A stretch of 64,000 nucleotides of DNA, taken from positions 30,504,001 through 30,568,000 of the forward strand of contig OX597833.1 in NCBI GenBank assembly GCA_951406725.2, in the 5' to 3' direction. Below are positions 1 through 13,558 of the stretch, piece by piece. The stretch is from Octopus vulgaris (lineage: Eukaryota). The notes under the pieces are model-generated. The model did not search any database, was not told where the DNA came from, and saw nothing but the letters and a program-made list of their open reading frames with translations. The position numbers and the translations under genes were made by a program. The number at the start of each line of letters is the position of its first letter. Within the stretch, counting starts at the first letter, position 1.

Positions 1-45
1 ATAGGGACAAACACAGACACAAAGACACACACACATATTTGTATA

Positions 46-1100
46 TCATCATCATTTAATGTCCGCTTTCCATGCTGGCATGGGTTGGATGGTTTGACTG
101 AGGACTGGTGAGCCAGAGGCTGCACCAGGCTCAATCTAATCTGGCAAAGTTTCTACAGCTGGATGCCCTTCCTAATGCCAACCACTCCGAGAGCGTAGTG
201 CGTGCTTTTTATGTGCCACCAGCACGAGGGCCAGTCAGGCGGTTCTGGCAAAAACCACGCTCAAAAGGTTTTTTTTACATGCTACCTTCATGGGAGCTAG
301 TCCGGTGGCATTGGCAACGACCATGCTTGAATGTTGTTTTTTACATGCCACCGGCAATGATCACGCTCGAGTAGTGCTTTTCATGTGTCACCGGCACAGG
401 AGCCAATCCATGGCCCTGGCAACGATCACACTCAGATATGCTTCTTTTAACATTCCACTGGCGTGAGTGCCAATTAGGCGGTACTGTCATTGGCCACGTC
501 AGCAATTTTGATTTGTTTACACTTGCCTCAATAGGTCTTCGCAAGCAAAGTTCATTGTCCAATGAATGAAGGGTACTCATAAGTGGGCTGGTTACATCCC
601 ACGTTCGGATGTGCTTTTAACATTCCACTGGCATGAGTACCAATCAGGTGGTACTGTTGTCAGCAATTTTGATTTTGATTTTGATTTCACTTCCCTCAAA
701 ATGTCTTCACAAGCAAGGTTTATTGTCCAATGAATGAGGGGTATTCATAAATGGGCTGGTTACACCCACTGGCATAGGCCATGGGCTATGGTCTCACTTG
801 GCTTGTCAGGTCTTCTCATGCACAGCATATCTCCAAAGGTCCCGGTCACTAGTCATTGTCTAGATAAGGCCCAATGTTCAGAAGTCGTGCTTCACCACCT
901 CATCCCAAGTTTTCCTAGGTCTGCCTCTTCCACTGGTTCCCTCAACTGCTAGGGTGTGACACTTTTTCACACAGCTGTCCTCATTCATTCACAACACATG
1001 ACCATACCAGCACAGTTATCTCTCTTGCACACCACATCTGATGCTTCTTAAATCCAACTTTTCGCTCAGGGTGCTTACACTCTGTCATGTATGCACACTT
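46..1100 (-). mobile_element. RTE-clade LINE, 5'-truncated 3' fragment (end of RT plus 3' UTR and (GAT)n tail)
   Basis: Same 3' terminus (catcatcat-ttaa-gtccg-tttccatgct-gcatgggttgg) and post-RT sequence as the long copy at 7599-10976. Confidence 0.85.
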
Positions 1101-2503
1101 CCAGGAAAGAAAGACAGTGGCTGAAGTTGTTACAACCAAATTTTATTCTCTATTAATTTTTCAGAATTCCAAACCACAACAAGTAGGCATACATGTAAAC
1201 AAACAGTATTCAAACCAGTTGATTTCTTGTGGTTTGGGTTGGTTTCGTGGGTTTCAGTTGGTCTGCTAGATATTGATGTGAAAAAGGGAAAGAATGAAAG
1301 TATGTGGCTGGAAATTCATAAAGTTGATAGGGTAAAACTTATATAGACCCTGTCATTCTCAGCAGTTGATAGAGTGAAGATGCTAGTAAGTCAGTGAGAG
1401 AGTCAGAGAGTAACTGATGGGACAGCTGTATTCATTTCTGCCAAATTGTAGTTGTCGCTGTTGTCATGTTTGGTTGCAGGAGTTAGGAACAGTTCACAGT
1501 GTGGTGGTCGAGGCTCTCTCTAATTTTCTGCTTGTGGAGCACTGGTACTTATAATGGCCCATTCCAGCTAGAAAGATGGATATACCATTATAAGAGTAGC
1601 CTATACACATTTAGGTCACTTGCTGTCGATTTGAACTTTCCCTGACACAGCAAGGTCGTGGGTCAAGTGGAAACATGTGAATGTTCGCTTTGACAGGACA
1701 AAGTGATCTTCCCGCTTGGTCAGCAAATAGCAGGTTGATTTCGCGACCAAGAATTCTTAGATTCGATTTCGAATAAGCAACTCCAGGTCTTTAGCATCAC
1801 TCGGGCTCATCACAGATTTCACATGACACATGCCTGCTCGAAGAATTTCATGTTTTTCCGTAATATTTCTAGCCCCAAATGGCTATTTTTTATATCTAAC
1901 ACTATATCTTCCTCCATTTCTAAGTTAAGGGTAAAAATAAAACAAAACACAACTGACCTTTACACACAGACGCACAGCAATCAAATAATGACAGGAGTGC
2001 ACAACAAACATCACTGACCTGAGTGTTACCTGTACTCTTGACAAGAGATGCCAGTTAGTCTTTTACACCTACCAAGCTCATTCATATTAGCCCAAGTTGC
2101 TGGATAATTTTTTGTTCCTTTAAGAATATTGTAGAATGGAAACTTTTCATAGATTGGAATTTAAATCCTAATCTCTATAGAAATTTATTGTTTCAAGAAA
2201 ACATTGAATTTGAATTACTTTTAATTTTTACGATTATAGATAACAACTTGGGATGTAGCTTCTGAGCCCGAGTCCGGTGTGTGTGAACGATGTCGAGAGA
2301 ACTTCTGCTACGAAAGATGTTTTTTGACACAGGGCACCTCTAAGACGACTGCCAGACACTGAACAAAAGTAAATGAACTGCAACCAGGCTCAATAAAAGG
2401 AGCCCAAGTTATGGGCTGCAATTACATGCCTGTTCACATTACTAAATTTATACTTGGGCTAAGCCCTAACAGCCCGAGTGCTGGAGTTGTTACTGATATA
2501 TAC

Positions 2504-2538
<35 letters not shown>

Positions 2539-2544
2539 TATATC

Positions 2545-2711
2545 AATGATAGACTTCTTTCAGTTTCTGTCTACCAAATCCACTCACAAGGTTATGGTCG
2601 GCCCAAAGCTATAGTAGAAGACATTTGTTCAAGGTGCCATGCACTGGGACTGAACCTGAAACCATGTGGTTGAGAAGCAAGCTTCTTACCACATAGCCAC
2701 ACCTGTGCCTA
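2545..2711 (-). mobile_element. tRNA-derived SINE, head and core
   Basis: Reverse complement of ggcacaggtgtggct-tgtggtaag...ggttcagtcc...gtgagtggatttggtagac-gaaactgaaagaag, as in the full copy at 26412. Confidence 0.85.
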
Positions 2712-2946
2712 TCCTGTTGTTTTTAAATATTTTCTCCCCATAAACACATTTTATGGAATGATGATGTGGCAGTCCATTGCTAGTATTTAAGCAGCAGAAA
2801 AATATAAAATTTGAAATTTAAATTTTTAATCCTCCACCCCACACCAAATATACGTGTGTGTGTGTGTGCATGAGAGAGAGAGAGAGTGATTGATTGAAGG
2901 TGTGTGTTGTATTTTTTTGTGTGTATGTGTAAGTGGTACTCACTCG

Positions 2947-2977
<31 letters not shown>

Positions 2978-3983
2978 TTTTAATATACACTTACATAAAT
3001 ACATATGCATACATCTTTTTTGTAGGTGTGTGTGTGTGAGAGAGAGTGAGTGAAGGTGTGTGTTCTGATGTATGTATTTTTTTGCATGTGTGACACACAC
3101 ACACACATACTTACAAAAAAGATGTATGTATCTCTCACATATTTTTGCATGTATGTCTAAGTGGCACTTGCTCTCTCTCTCTCTCTCTCTCTGTCTTGCC
3201 CTCACACACTTCCATTTCATATGCATGTACATACATCTTTCACTTTCTGCTCTCACTTCAAAGCAAATGTCGCCTTCCACAGGTCATGAAAACAAGTAAA
3301 TAATTAAACAATTTTTATGGAAATTAACAAACAACCAGCTGGGGTTCAAATGGCATTTGTGGAAGTCAAAACAAAACATTGCCCCCTAGGTGATCAATTC
3401 TGTTTAAAACCTTGTTTACCATGTTTTCTTTCATTTTATCACAGCTATCAAGTACAAATCCTGATGAAATGCCTTTAAGCATTATGTCAGGCATGCTAAA
3501 TTTTTAATTCTCCAGCCTGCACTAAGTGTGTATGTGAGAGAGAAAAATGCATTTATTAACAGAAAAGTATGCTATTAAAATGAATTATCTTTTCCATACC
3601 TTTTTTAAATCAGCGTCGCCCTAATGAAATTATTTAAACACACACACACACACAGATAACGTGAGTTATATATGTTTATAGAGAGTGAGAGTATGTGTCA
3701 AATGTATACAGAGTATTTGTTTATGAGAAAAATATTTTACTTCTCTCTCTATTATTTACCACACACACACACACACACACTCTCTCTCTCTCTCTCTATT
3801 ATCTCTCACGCATTGCTTTCATTCTGTTTAAAATAGTAAATATTTTTTCTTAAACACACACACACATATTTGGTGCAGGATGGGGGATTAAAAATTTAAA
3901 TTACAATTTTTTTTTGTTACTTAAATCCCAGCAATGATTCCATAAAATGTGTTTATGGGGGGAAAATATTCAAAGGCATCAAT

Positions 3984-4138
3984 ATAGGCACAGTTGTGGC
4001 TGTGTGGTAAGAAGCTTGCTTCCTAACCACATGGTTCTAGGTTCAGTGCATAGCACCTTGAGTAAATGTCTTCTATAGCCTCAGACTGACCATACCTTGT
4101 AAGTGGATTTGGTAGACAGAAACTAAAAGACGCCCATC
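3984..4138 (+). mobile_element. tRNA-derived SINE, head and core
   Basis: A-box/B-box-like head plus gtggatttggtagacagaaact core. Confidence 0.85.
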
Positions 4139-4199
4139 ACACACTCACATATATATATATATATACACCTGTATATATATGTATATATCCATCATATAT

Positions 4200-4390
4200 A
4201 GGGAAAGTTTACGAAAAAACAAAAGACGAAGACAGGTGGTGTACAAAACAAACAGATGTATTAGTATAACGCTCAGGAATAGAAAAAAGTCTTTTATGTT
4301 TCGAGCCTACACTCTTCTACAGAAAGGTACACAGAAAAAACAAGGAGAGAAAAAAAATGTGTGTAGTGGCTAACGATCTATCATGGCGAC
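4200..4390 (-). repeat. ~190-bp (TA)n-flanked dispersed repeat (family A) with a minimal HHR-like motif
   Basis: Homologous copies at ~25530-25690, 39600-39803, 41510-41700 and 45310-45511. Confidence 0.75.
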
Positions 4391-4409
4391 TGATATGTAA
4401 ATAAATAAA

Positions 4410-5170
4410 TAAATGGAGTTAAATGCAGATGTCATTCAAATTCTTTTACTTCCAACACATGTTTTGAAGACAACATTGGTATAATTCCAAAGGAATAAAA
4501 TGGTGTAAAACAATGTAATCTTCTCTTCAGGGAAATGAAGAAATAAAACAAACTCATCAATAAGACATTTTAACAGAATGTGATGGATATGTATAATGAT
4601 GAATGGAACGCTATTAAGTTCTTTTTAAAAAATGTCAGAGGATATAATGTCAAAGGTAGCCTATAGAAAGAGGAGGAGTAAAGGAAAGAAAAAAGCAGAA
4701 ATCAAATAAATGGGAAATATAGAACTATATGGAAAAAGATATATCTAGTGGAAGTGAAATGTAAAAAGAAAATCAATGTTCACATTATATATAATGGTAG
4801 ATATCACTTATATGAACTAAAGATATGTTTGCATCGATAAGCACGCTCTATAACCATGTTTACAAGGGGATTCTTAGAAAAAAGAATAGAAAATAGTTCA
4901 CAATGAGAGTTTACAAAATTATTTGCCTTTATCATATGGGAATGAAATGGAGATAATCTACCAATCTAAATTAAATTGTCTTTTAGATACCAAATTTACT
5001 AAGCCCTGTACTGTTACATTTATTACTATCCCTAAATGTAGAGTAATGATTAGAAATTATTTTAGATAACTGAGAAGAACTACCTATATAAAAAAAGACA
5101 TTGGTACCTGAAGTAATTTTACACTGGTATATAGAGTTATATGGTATATAATATTAATTATAAACAAGGG
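4410..5170 (-). mobile_element. Penelope-like element 3' fragment (decayed GIY-YIG, 3' UTR, HHR relic at 4448-4536)
   Basis: Reverse-complement homologue of 58820-59590. Confidence 0.7.
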
Positions 5171-5429
5171 AGAAATACACACATCTATATATATATATAC
5201 ATATACATACATACACATATATATATATATATTACAATGGAATAATTACTATGAAGCACTGTGTAGAATATTTTGTATAAAGGATTGTGAGTAAGGCCTA
5301 AACAATGCAAAGTAAATGCAAGGTAAATCACAAGAAAACAAATATATGAATTAATGTAAACTTACCTTGAATTCAAATTTCAGGGTTATGATCCCATTTT
5401 CAAGAAAAAAAATAAATGTTGTCAATGTG

Positions 5430-6950
5430 TGTGTGTGTGGAGTTGACATGCATGGAAAAGTGTTACTATAGCAACCAGCCTGCTTCCAGTAACTCTCTTC
5501 TGTTGTTGATCTTACATTTCTTTTGGTGCATAAGGATGACCTCAGAAATTCTAAGGTTGCTCCTGTTCTGCCTTGATGTGCACTGTGAATTCCTGGGTCT
5601 GGCATTTCCATAGGTGTTTCTTCATGAAAGTGTCTGCTTGTATGTGTTCCTTAATGCATATATGCAGTTTCTTGCTGTGCTTCCTATGTAGGATGCACCA
5701 CATTTGCCTCTGGCACAATTCCAGGTCGTTCGATAATGTGCACTCCTTGGAGTAGTGAGAGGTATTGGTGTTAGACAGAGCTTTTCTCAGGGAAGGGCTA
5801 GCCATTCAGGGTTAGGTCTCTGAGGAACTGCTTGGTGTTGATGGCCTTGTCGGTCACATTGCTGCAATTGTTGTTTATATGTGATGCAGTCTATGAGGAT
5901 ATCTGGCTGGGAGAGCAGGTACAGAGGTTTAGAGGGAAACTACGTCTAAACTAAAAGGGTATTTGTTAGTTTTAAGTATGGAGGGTCGATATCTTTGAGT
6001 CTTATGAAGATTTCGTGGGAACTGCTGATGTGTCTGGGGAATGCATTTAGTAAGGGCTTGAGGAGTTTAGAGAGGAGCCAAGAAATTGTATAGAAAGGAC
6101 CGTTAATTCTTGATACTATGGTCTTAAAAAGCTTAGGTCCAGGTTGTTTGAGTCTAGCTAGTTTGGGGTTGTAAGGGGGAGGGTAGAGTGGGTTATCGAG
6201 GTGGTAGACAGGGAATCTAAGTATAGCGGAGGAGGAGGTAGAAGAAGAAGAAAGAGATGACGATGATGATGAAGGCAGTGAAGATGATGATGAGGAAGGT
6301 GGAGGGGGGAGGAGGAGATAGGAGGTAAAAGGGTAAATGATGATGATGATGGTAAGGATGGTAATGGAGAAGATGATGGTGAGGGTAATATCGGCGATGA
6401 TGTCGGTAGTGAAGATATTGGCAGCAATGACAATGAAGACGAAGATAATGAGGGGGGAGAGGGGGTTTAAGGGCCGTAATCCATTTTAGTTGGTAAGCTG
6501 TGTGACAGAAGTTGATCTCTATCTTCAGTTTCAATTTGTTATTGAGTTTTTGTGTTAGAATGAATTTGGGTCCATAGCTTAGCAGTTGTTTCTCTTCCTG
6601 TGTGAGAGAACCAGTAAGATCTGTAACCAGAGTATTGTTAGCAGCAGCAACAGTGGCCATCATAGGTATGGATATATTAGGTGGTGGTGGTAGTAGGGTG
6701 CATAGAGTTCAGTGGCTGGTCAGTCATTGCTATGGCTGTCATGGTGGTGGTGGTTGGAGCATTTAAGCTGTTATATTTTTGTTGGTCAATGTGGAGTATA
6801 TTGTTGTTGGTGTTAGTGGAGGTGTTGGGATGGTGGTAGTAATTGTTGTTGGTGGAGTTAGCGGTAGAATTTAATCTGTCTCTGTTGGTGGATGTGAGGA
6901 ATATTGTCACCAGTGTTGCTAGAAGGAGTGGAATGGTTACAGCCCTTAAA
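5430..6950 (-). mobile_element. Degenerate, internally deleted Penelope-like element
   Basis: N-terminal DLTGSLTQEEKQLLSYGPKF, RT remnant IVSRINGPFYTISWLLSKLLKPL...SLDVVSL, GIY-YIG remnant CGASYIGST...IKEH; many stops and frameshifts. Confidence 0.8.
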
Positions 6951-7510
6951 CCCCCTCTCCCCACTTCATCGTCATTGCAGCCAATATCTTCACTGTTGAC
7001 ATCATCGCCAATATTACCCTCTACATCATCTTCTCTATCACCATCCTTACCATCTTCATCAGTGTTATCGTCATCATCTACTCCTATCTCCCCTTCCCCC
7101 TCCCTACTTCTTCCTCATCGTCATCTTCGCAGTCTTCTTTATCATCATTGTCATCTCTTCTACCTCCTCCTCTGCTATACTTGGATTCCCCGTCTACCAC
7201 CTCGATAACCCACTCCACCTTCCCTCTCACAACCACGAACTAGCTATACTCAAATGTGGCAAATGTGGTGCATCCTACATAGGAAGCACAACAAGAAAAC
7301 TGTATATACGCATTAAGGAACACATGCAGGCAGACACTTCCATGAAGAAACAGGCCCAGGAATTCACAGTGCACATCAAGGCAACACAGCAGAACAGAGG
7401 CAAACCTAGGATCTCTCAGGTCATCCTCATACACCAAAAGAAACCTAAGATCAACAACAGAAGAGAGTTACTGGGAGCTAGCTGGTTGCTAAAGCAACAC
7501 TTTTCCACAC
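6933..7510 (+). mobile_element. Inverted partial copy of the adjacent Penelope-like element
   Basis: 6933-7245 mirrors 6157-6483 and 7258-7510 mirrors 5450-5707 (IKEHMQADTSMKK...KPKINNRRELL). Confidence 0.8.
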
Positions 7511-7558
7511 ATGCGAATTTCTTAAAATCTCAGCACTGCTTGAGCCTATATATATATA

Positions 7559-7598
<40 letters not shown>

Positions 7599-7601
<3 letters not shown>

Positions 7602-10600
7602 TCATCATCATCATCGTTTAACGTCCGTTTTCCATGCTAGCATGGGTTGGACGGTTCAACTGGGGTCTGGGAAGCCAGAAGGCTGCGCCAGGCCTAGTTT
7701 CATCTGGCAGTGTTTCTACAGGTGGATGCCCTTCCTAACGCCAACCACTCCAAGAGTGTAGTGGGTGCTTTTTATGTGCCACCTGCGCAGGTGCCAAATG
7801 AGGCTGGCAAACAGCCACGATCGGATGGTGCTTTTTATGTGCCACCGGCCCGGGGGCCAGACGAGGCTGGCAACGGCCACAATCAGATGGTGCTTTTTCC
7901 GTGCCACCGGTACAGAGGCCAGTCGGGGCAGCGCTGGCAACGGCCATGTTCGGATGGTTCTCTTACGTGCCACCGGTACTGGTATCTCAGCTACAATTTC
8001 CATTGATGTTGAAAGATTTCGATTTCGATTTTCACTTGCCTCAACAGGTCTTCACAAGTAGGGTTTGTGTCCCAAGAAGGAAAGGTATGCATAAGTGGGC
8101 TGGCTACATCCCAGGTAGAGGCCATGGGTTATGGTCTCACTTGTCCTGCCTGGTCTTCCCACGCACAGCATACTTCCAAAGGTCTCGGTCTTTGGTCATT
8201 TCCTCGGTGAGACCTAAAGTTCGAAGGTCGTTCTTCACCACCTCGTCCCAGGTTTTCCTGGGTCTACCTCTTCCACAGGTTCCCTCAACCGCCAGGGTAT
8301 GGCACTTTTTCACACAACTATCTTCATCCATTCTCGGTACATGACCATACCAGCGCAAACGTCTCTCTTGCACACCACAACTGATGCTTCTTAGGTCCAA
8401 TTTTTCTCTCAAGGTACTTACACACTGTCGAGTATGAACACTGACATTACACATCCATCGGAGCATACTGGCTTCATTTCTTGCGAGCTTATGCATATCC
8501 TCAGCAGTCACGGCCCATGTTTCACTGCCATGTAGCATGCTGTTCGTACACATGCGTCATACAGTCTGCCTTTTGTTCTGAGCGAGAGGCCTTTTGTCAC
8601 CAGCAGAGGTAAGAGCTCTCTGAACTTTGCCCAAGCTATTCTTACTCTAGCAGTTACACTTTCAGCACACCCGCCCCCGCTACTGACTCGGTCACCTAGG
8701 TAATGGAAGCTATCAACTACTTCTAGTTTTTCTCCCTGGAATGTGGCAGAAGTTGGTCTCTGAGCATTTTCAGTGTTTATTGCTCCTGAGCATCTGCCAC
8801 ATACAAAAACTATCTTCCCAGTTAGTTTTCCTTTGACATTGCTGGACCTCTTATGTGTCCATAGCTTACACTTGGTGCATCTTATAGAGTTTCTACCTAC
8901 GCCTTTTCTACTGATCAAGCAGGGCCATCTACCTGAAGGCGTTTATGATTTGCCTGCCTTCCTACATATTAAGACTTTGGTTTTAGCTAAGTTGATCTTA
9001 AGGCCCTTCGATTCTAATCCTTGTCTCCACACTTGAAACTTTGCCTCTAGTTCTGATAGTGACTCAGCAATTAGAGCAAGGTCATCAGCATAGAGGAGCT
9101 CCCAGGGGCATCCTGTCTTGAATTCCTCCGTTATTGCCTGGAGGACTATGATAAATAGGAGGGGGCTGAGGACTGAACTTTGGTGGACCCCTACCTCTAC
9201 TTTGAATTCTTTAGTGTACTCGTTGCCAACCCTCACCTTACTTACAGCGTCTCTGTACATGGCTTGCACAGCTCTCACTAACCATTCATCTATCCCTAGT
9301 TTCCTCATTGACCGCCAGATAAAGGATCAGAGGACCCTGTCAAAGGCTTTCTCCATGTCGACAAAAGCCAGGTACAGGGGCTTATCCTTGGCTAGGTATT
9401 TCTCCTGCAGCTGTCTCACCAGAAATATGGCATCAGTGGTGCTTTTTCCTGGCACGAAACCAAACTGCATCTCATCCAAGCAGACTCTCTCCCTAATCAG
9501 TTGGGCTATGACCCTCTCCGTAACCTTCATTACCTGATCCAACAGCTTGATACCTCTGTAATTATTTGTATCTAAAGCATCACCTTTACCTTTGTAGCAG
9601 TTGACTATTATGCTGCTACACCAGTCATTGGGTATGACTCCTTCGTGTATCACCTGGTTAACTATTTGGGTTACTAGGCTATAGCCAACACTACCAGATA
9701 TTTTAAGCATCTCTGCAGTAATTCCTGATGGGCCTGGGGCTTTCCCTGTCTTCATGCTACTAATTGCCTTAACTACTAAGGAACTGTCAACTCGGATAGC
9801 TGGTCCCTCTGTTGGGTCGACATTTGGCAGACTCTCTTTATCCCATTCATTTTCCTTATTTAGCAGCCTCTCATAATGATGTCTCCAAACCACTCTCTTT
9901 GCATCCTCATTTAGCGCAAGTGAACCATCATCCATGCGAACACATTTCTCTCCTACCACATCACGATTCTCTCTCACACACTGTCTTGCAACACAGAATA
10001 ACCTCAAGTCTTTGGTCCTCACGGTGCAGAACATTGGCAAATTTCTTCTTATCTACTTCCCTTCTGGCTAAATAAACCTGTCTTCTAGCTTCTCTTTTGG
10101 TAGTCTGATACATTTTCCTGCTACCACCATTTTTCCAGTCCTTAATGGCCCTGTCTACAACATTGTTCCACCACCACGTTATTTTGGCTCGAGAGGGGAC
10201 TTTGCACCAGCCACAGATCTGGTCCGTGGCTGTCAGCAGGTTGTCCCTTAGAGAGCTCCAGTTATCTTCTACCCCATGTGAAGCTATATCCCCTTCTACT
10301 TTGTCAAAGGCTTCAAGTAATATGTCCCTAAGTCTCTATCCATTCGCAGGATCTTTAAGCTTCCAGATCCTTCTTCTCCATGTTGGTCGTCCTCTTAGTC
10401 CTGATCCTAAAGTCACTAACTACCAGTTTATGTTGTGGGGTACATTCTTTGCCTGGGAAGGTTTTGGCATTTATAAGCAGCCATCTTTCTCTTCCTGGCA
10501 AGGATGTAGTCAATTTGGCTGGTATGTCGGCTCGGTAGGTGACTAGGTGGCTGGTAGGTTTCTTGAAGTTAGTGTTGCAAACCATAAGATCATTTGCATC

Positions 10601-10976
10601 GCAGAACTCTAGCAGCCTGGCTCCCTCCTCATTGTGGGAACCATAACCATAGCCCCCATGTACACCATGGAAGCCCCCAGCATGTCGTCCAACATGACCA
10701 TTGAAGTCACCAGCCACAAAGAGAAGGTCTCTGTCATTCGTCAACGAGGTAGTCTGCAGTAGGGTGTCATAGAATCGGTCTTTTTGTCCATCGGGTAGCC
10801 CCGGCTGAGGGGCATAGGTCAATATAATAGTTGCTAATCCATGATGTAGCACTAATCTAATCTTAAGTATTCTGTCACTTACTCTGATTACCTCTATTAC
10901 CTTATCTACCCATTTTTCAGCTAGAAGTATACCCACGCCTCCAAACCCGTCAGTGTTCCCCGCCCAGAAAATCTTG
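7599..10976 (-). mobile_element. RTE-clade LINE, near complete, frameshifted (APE + RT)
   Basis: APE motif LFVAGDFNGHVG, RT motifs QFGFVPGKSTTDAIF, VHQSSVLSPLLF, LLYADDL, C-terminal RGRPRKTW, (GAT)n tail. Confidence 0.95.
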
Positions 10977-11037
10977 TTGGATTCACAACCTCTAACTCTC
11001 CTAGAATTCCAAGAGAGTTAGAGGTTGTGAATCCAAC
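10976..11037. repeat. Near-perfect 62-bp palindrome centred on GAATTC
   Basis: gttggattcacaacctctaactctc / gagagttagaggttgtgaatccaac, 25-bp perfect arms. Confidence 0.9.
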
Positions 11038-11149
11038 CAACAAAGGGATAATATCTATCCAATATACTGCTCGTAGAATACCCAATTATCAATATACAAG
11101 TGTTTTTTCATTGCATGGAAATTACACTACTGAATGTAGTAAATGGGTA

Positions 11150-12754
11150 AGGGTAAAAAGTTTCCTCGCTAGTCTCCTGAAGGAATGTAGACACCAACTT
11201 GCAGTCCCTCTGACCAACCTCCGGAGAAATTTTTTAGATTCAGGTTATATACCGAAACAGCTCCTAACCAAGTCTGTCATCCCAGTTTTCAAGCAAGGAA
11301 ACAGATTCCTCGCAGTCAACTATTGCCCAATCTCACTCACCTCCTATATCATGAAAGTGTTTGAAAGATTGGTAAGATCAAGGATAGCTGGCTTCCTGGA
11401 GATCCACAAACTCCTAAATGCAAATCAGCATGGCTTTCACTGTGGCAGGGACTGTCTAACAGAGCTCTTATACCACATTGAGGATATACTTAAAGCCTTG
11501 GGAACAGGTTTGAACTCTGATGTCATATATTTTGACTTTGGTAAAGCATTCAACAGTGTTGACCATAATATCTTACTCTCAAAATTGGCAAATGTTGGAA
11601 TCCGTGGAAAGCTTCTACACTAGATTGAGTATTTCCTGGTGAATAGAACACAACATGTTCTGGTCAGTGGAGTCCACTCAATCCCAGCAAAAGTCAACAG
11701 TGGTGTCCCTCAGGGGACTGTCTTGGGCCTGCTTCTCTTTATAATCTACATAAATGACCTTTCCAGCGTTGTAAATCACTGCAAAGTGAAAATATTTGCT
11801 TATGACACTAAGCTCCAGCAAATCATCAATGAAGAAGACTGAACTCAACTCCAGTCTGATCTATATGCTGTGAGTGAATGGGCAGACAAAAACAAAATGC
11901 AACTAAACAAGGAAAATTTGAGCTGATGCATTTTGGAAGAAAGACTATACTAAAACAGGGAAACCACTCATAGCATCTAATAATATCAGAGACCTAGGAG
12001 TAATTGTTGGTAACAATCTCAATTGGAGTGCCAACATCAGCAATAAGGTCAATATAGCTCGTAAGATGAACTCCTGGATCTTAAGAACCTTCTGGTCCAG
12101 AGAACAAGGTGTCATTATTCCACTATTCCACTTTTCTCCTCCTTTGTACGGCCACACCTCGAATACTGTTGCCTCCTGTGGTCTCCCCATACAAAATAAA
12201 ACATCTTGAAAGTTGAATCACCCCAGAGGGCACTCACTAAACGAATTAAGGGCATAACTGATCTCAATTACTGGGACCTCCTTAAATCCTTGAAACTCTA
12301 CTCTCTCCAGCACCGCCGTGAGCGGTCCCTCATTTGCATGATGTGGAGAATATACTGCAGCATTGCCCAAACGACCTGAACATTATCTTCAAGGTTCATC
12401 CAAGGCTGGGACCATGGGCCATACATCCTCTGCCCAATTCAGGATCACAACATATAGGTACACTGCAACACAATCTCTTTTCCTCAACAGGCCCTGCCCT
12501 GTTTAACATTGTCCCATAACTGATCAAAGAGGAAAAGGATCCCATCACTTTTAAACAGAGTCTGGACAAATTTCTTCAAGGAATACCAGATAAGCCACCC
12601 ATACCTGGATACAACTCACTCAATAAGAACTCACTACTTGAATGGACCATAATACCACATAACTTGACTTAAAAAGGGATTTAGATAATCCTATCAGGTG
12701 GTGCTATTAAGTTAGACATGGTCTAGACCAATCTTTGGTCAAAACATATCTAAG
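11150..12754 (+). mobile_element. CR1-group LINE, 5'-truncated and degenerate RT
   Basis: NYCPISLTS, QHGF, YFDFGKAF, SGVPQGTVLG, FAYDTKL, GPALFNIVP. Confidence 0.85.
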
Positions 12755-12792
<38 letters not shown>

Positions 12793-12941
12793 AATATAAG
12801 AGAGTGGTCACTATATGGCTCACTCTAGCACCAGTTAATCCAAAAGGTTTCAACCACAAAAATACATGTTTCCCATGAAAGTCAGTACGATTGTTAGCTC
12901 ACACGGACAGGGCAAATAAAAAATAACAAAAATACAGATTA

Positions 12942-13023
12942 TTTTGGGACAATTGTTTCGCTATTAATGAATTAAATGTAATTTTACTTACAAAAAAATC
13001 CACTTGTAGCTCCTCAGCCAAAA
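12942..13023 (-). ncRNA. Type I hammerhead ribozyme (R1 copy 1)
   Basis: UUUUGG-CUGAGGA-GCUA[loop]UAGC-GAAA-CAAUUG-UC-CCAAAA: intact core, stems I and II, palindromic minimal stem III. Confidence 0.85.
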
Positions 13024-13476
13024 CTATCTGGATGAAATCCACTCAATCACACGCCAGATTTTACCATAACGATAAATACGCGTGTGGTTCAATTGATTAC
13101 ATCCGACGTTATAATTCAAATGCCCCAACTAACAGCGCGCCAAATTTTCACGGAAAACAAATACAGCATTTAGAAATAAATGCAGCATAATTATAATTAA
13201 TTAATAAGGGTGAGAGAATTAGATACTAATTTAATAGTATATCTATTCTACACCAAGTGGCCTAGTGCTCCGAGAAACCTGGATTATTATAATATTTTAT
13301 AATATATTATAATATTTTTACAAAATAAATATAAGAGAGTGGTCACTATATGGCTCACTCTAGCACCAGTTAATCCAAAAGGTTTCAACCACAAAAATAC
13401 ATGTTTCCCATGAAAGTCAGTACGATTGTTAGCTCACACGGACAGGGCAAATAAAAAATAACAAAAATACAGATTA

Positions 13477-13558
13477 TTTTGGGACAATTGTTTCGCTATT
13501 AATGAATTAAATGTAATTTTACTTACAAAAAAATCCACTTGTAGCTCCTCAGCCAAAA
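13477..13558 (-). ncRNA. Type I hammerhead ribozyme (R1 copy 2)
   Basis: Appears identical to copy 1, 535 nt away. Confidence 0.85.

Noticed and set aside
1100-2500. Complex, apparently unique sequence as a host exon or LTR relic
   Set aside because: No recognisable protein in the frames I read and no convincing terminal repeats
3461-3492. CTGATGA followed by an AATGC/GCATT stem
   Set aside because: No GAAA after the stem and no UH or stem I; a simple hairpin
5365-5408. Possible HHR relic downstream of the 5430 PLE (UUGAAAA-UGGG..CCCU-GAAA-UUUGAA-UU)
   Set aside because: The position is plausible, but there are too many core mismatches to call it
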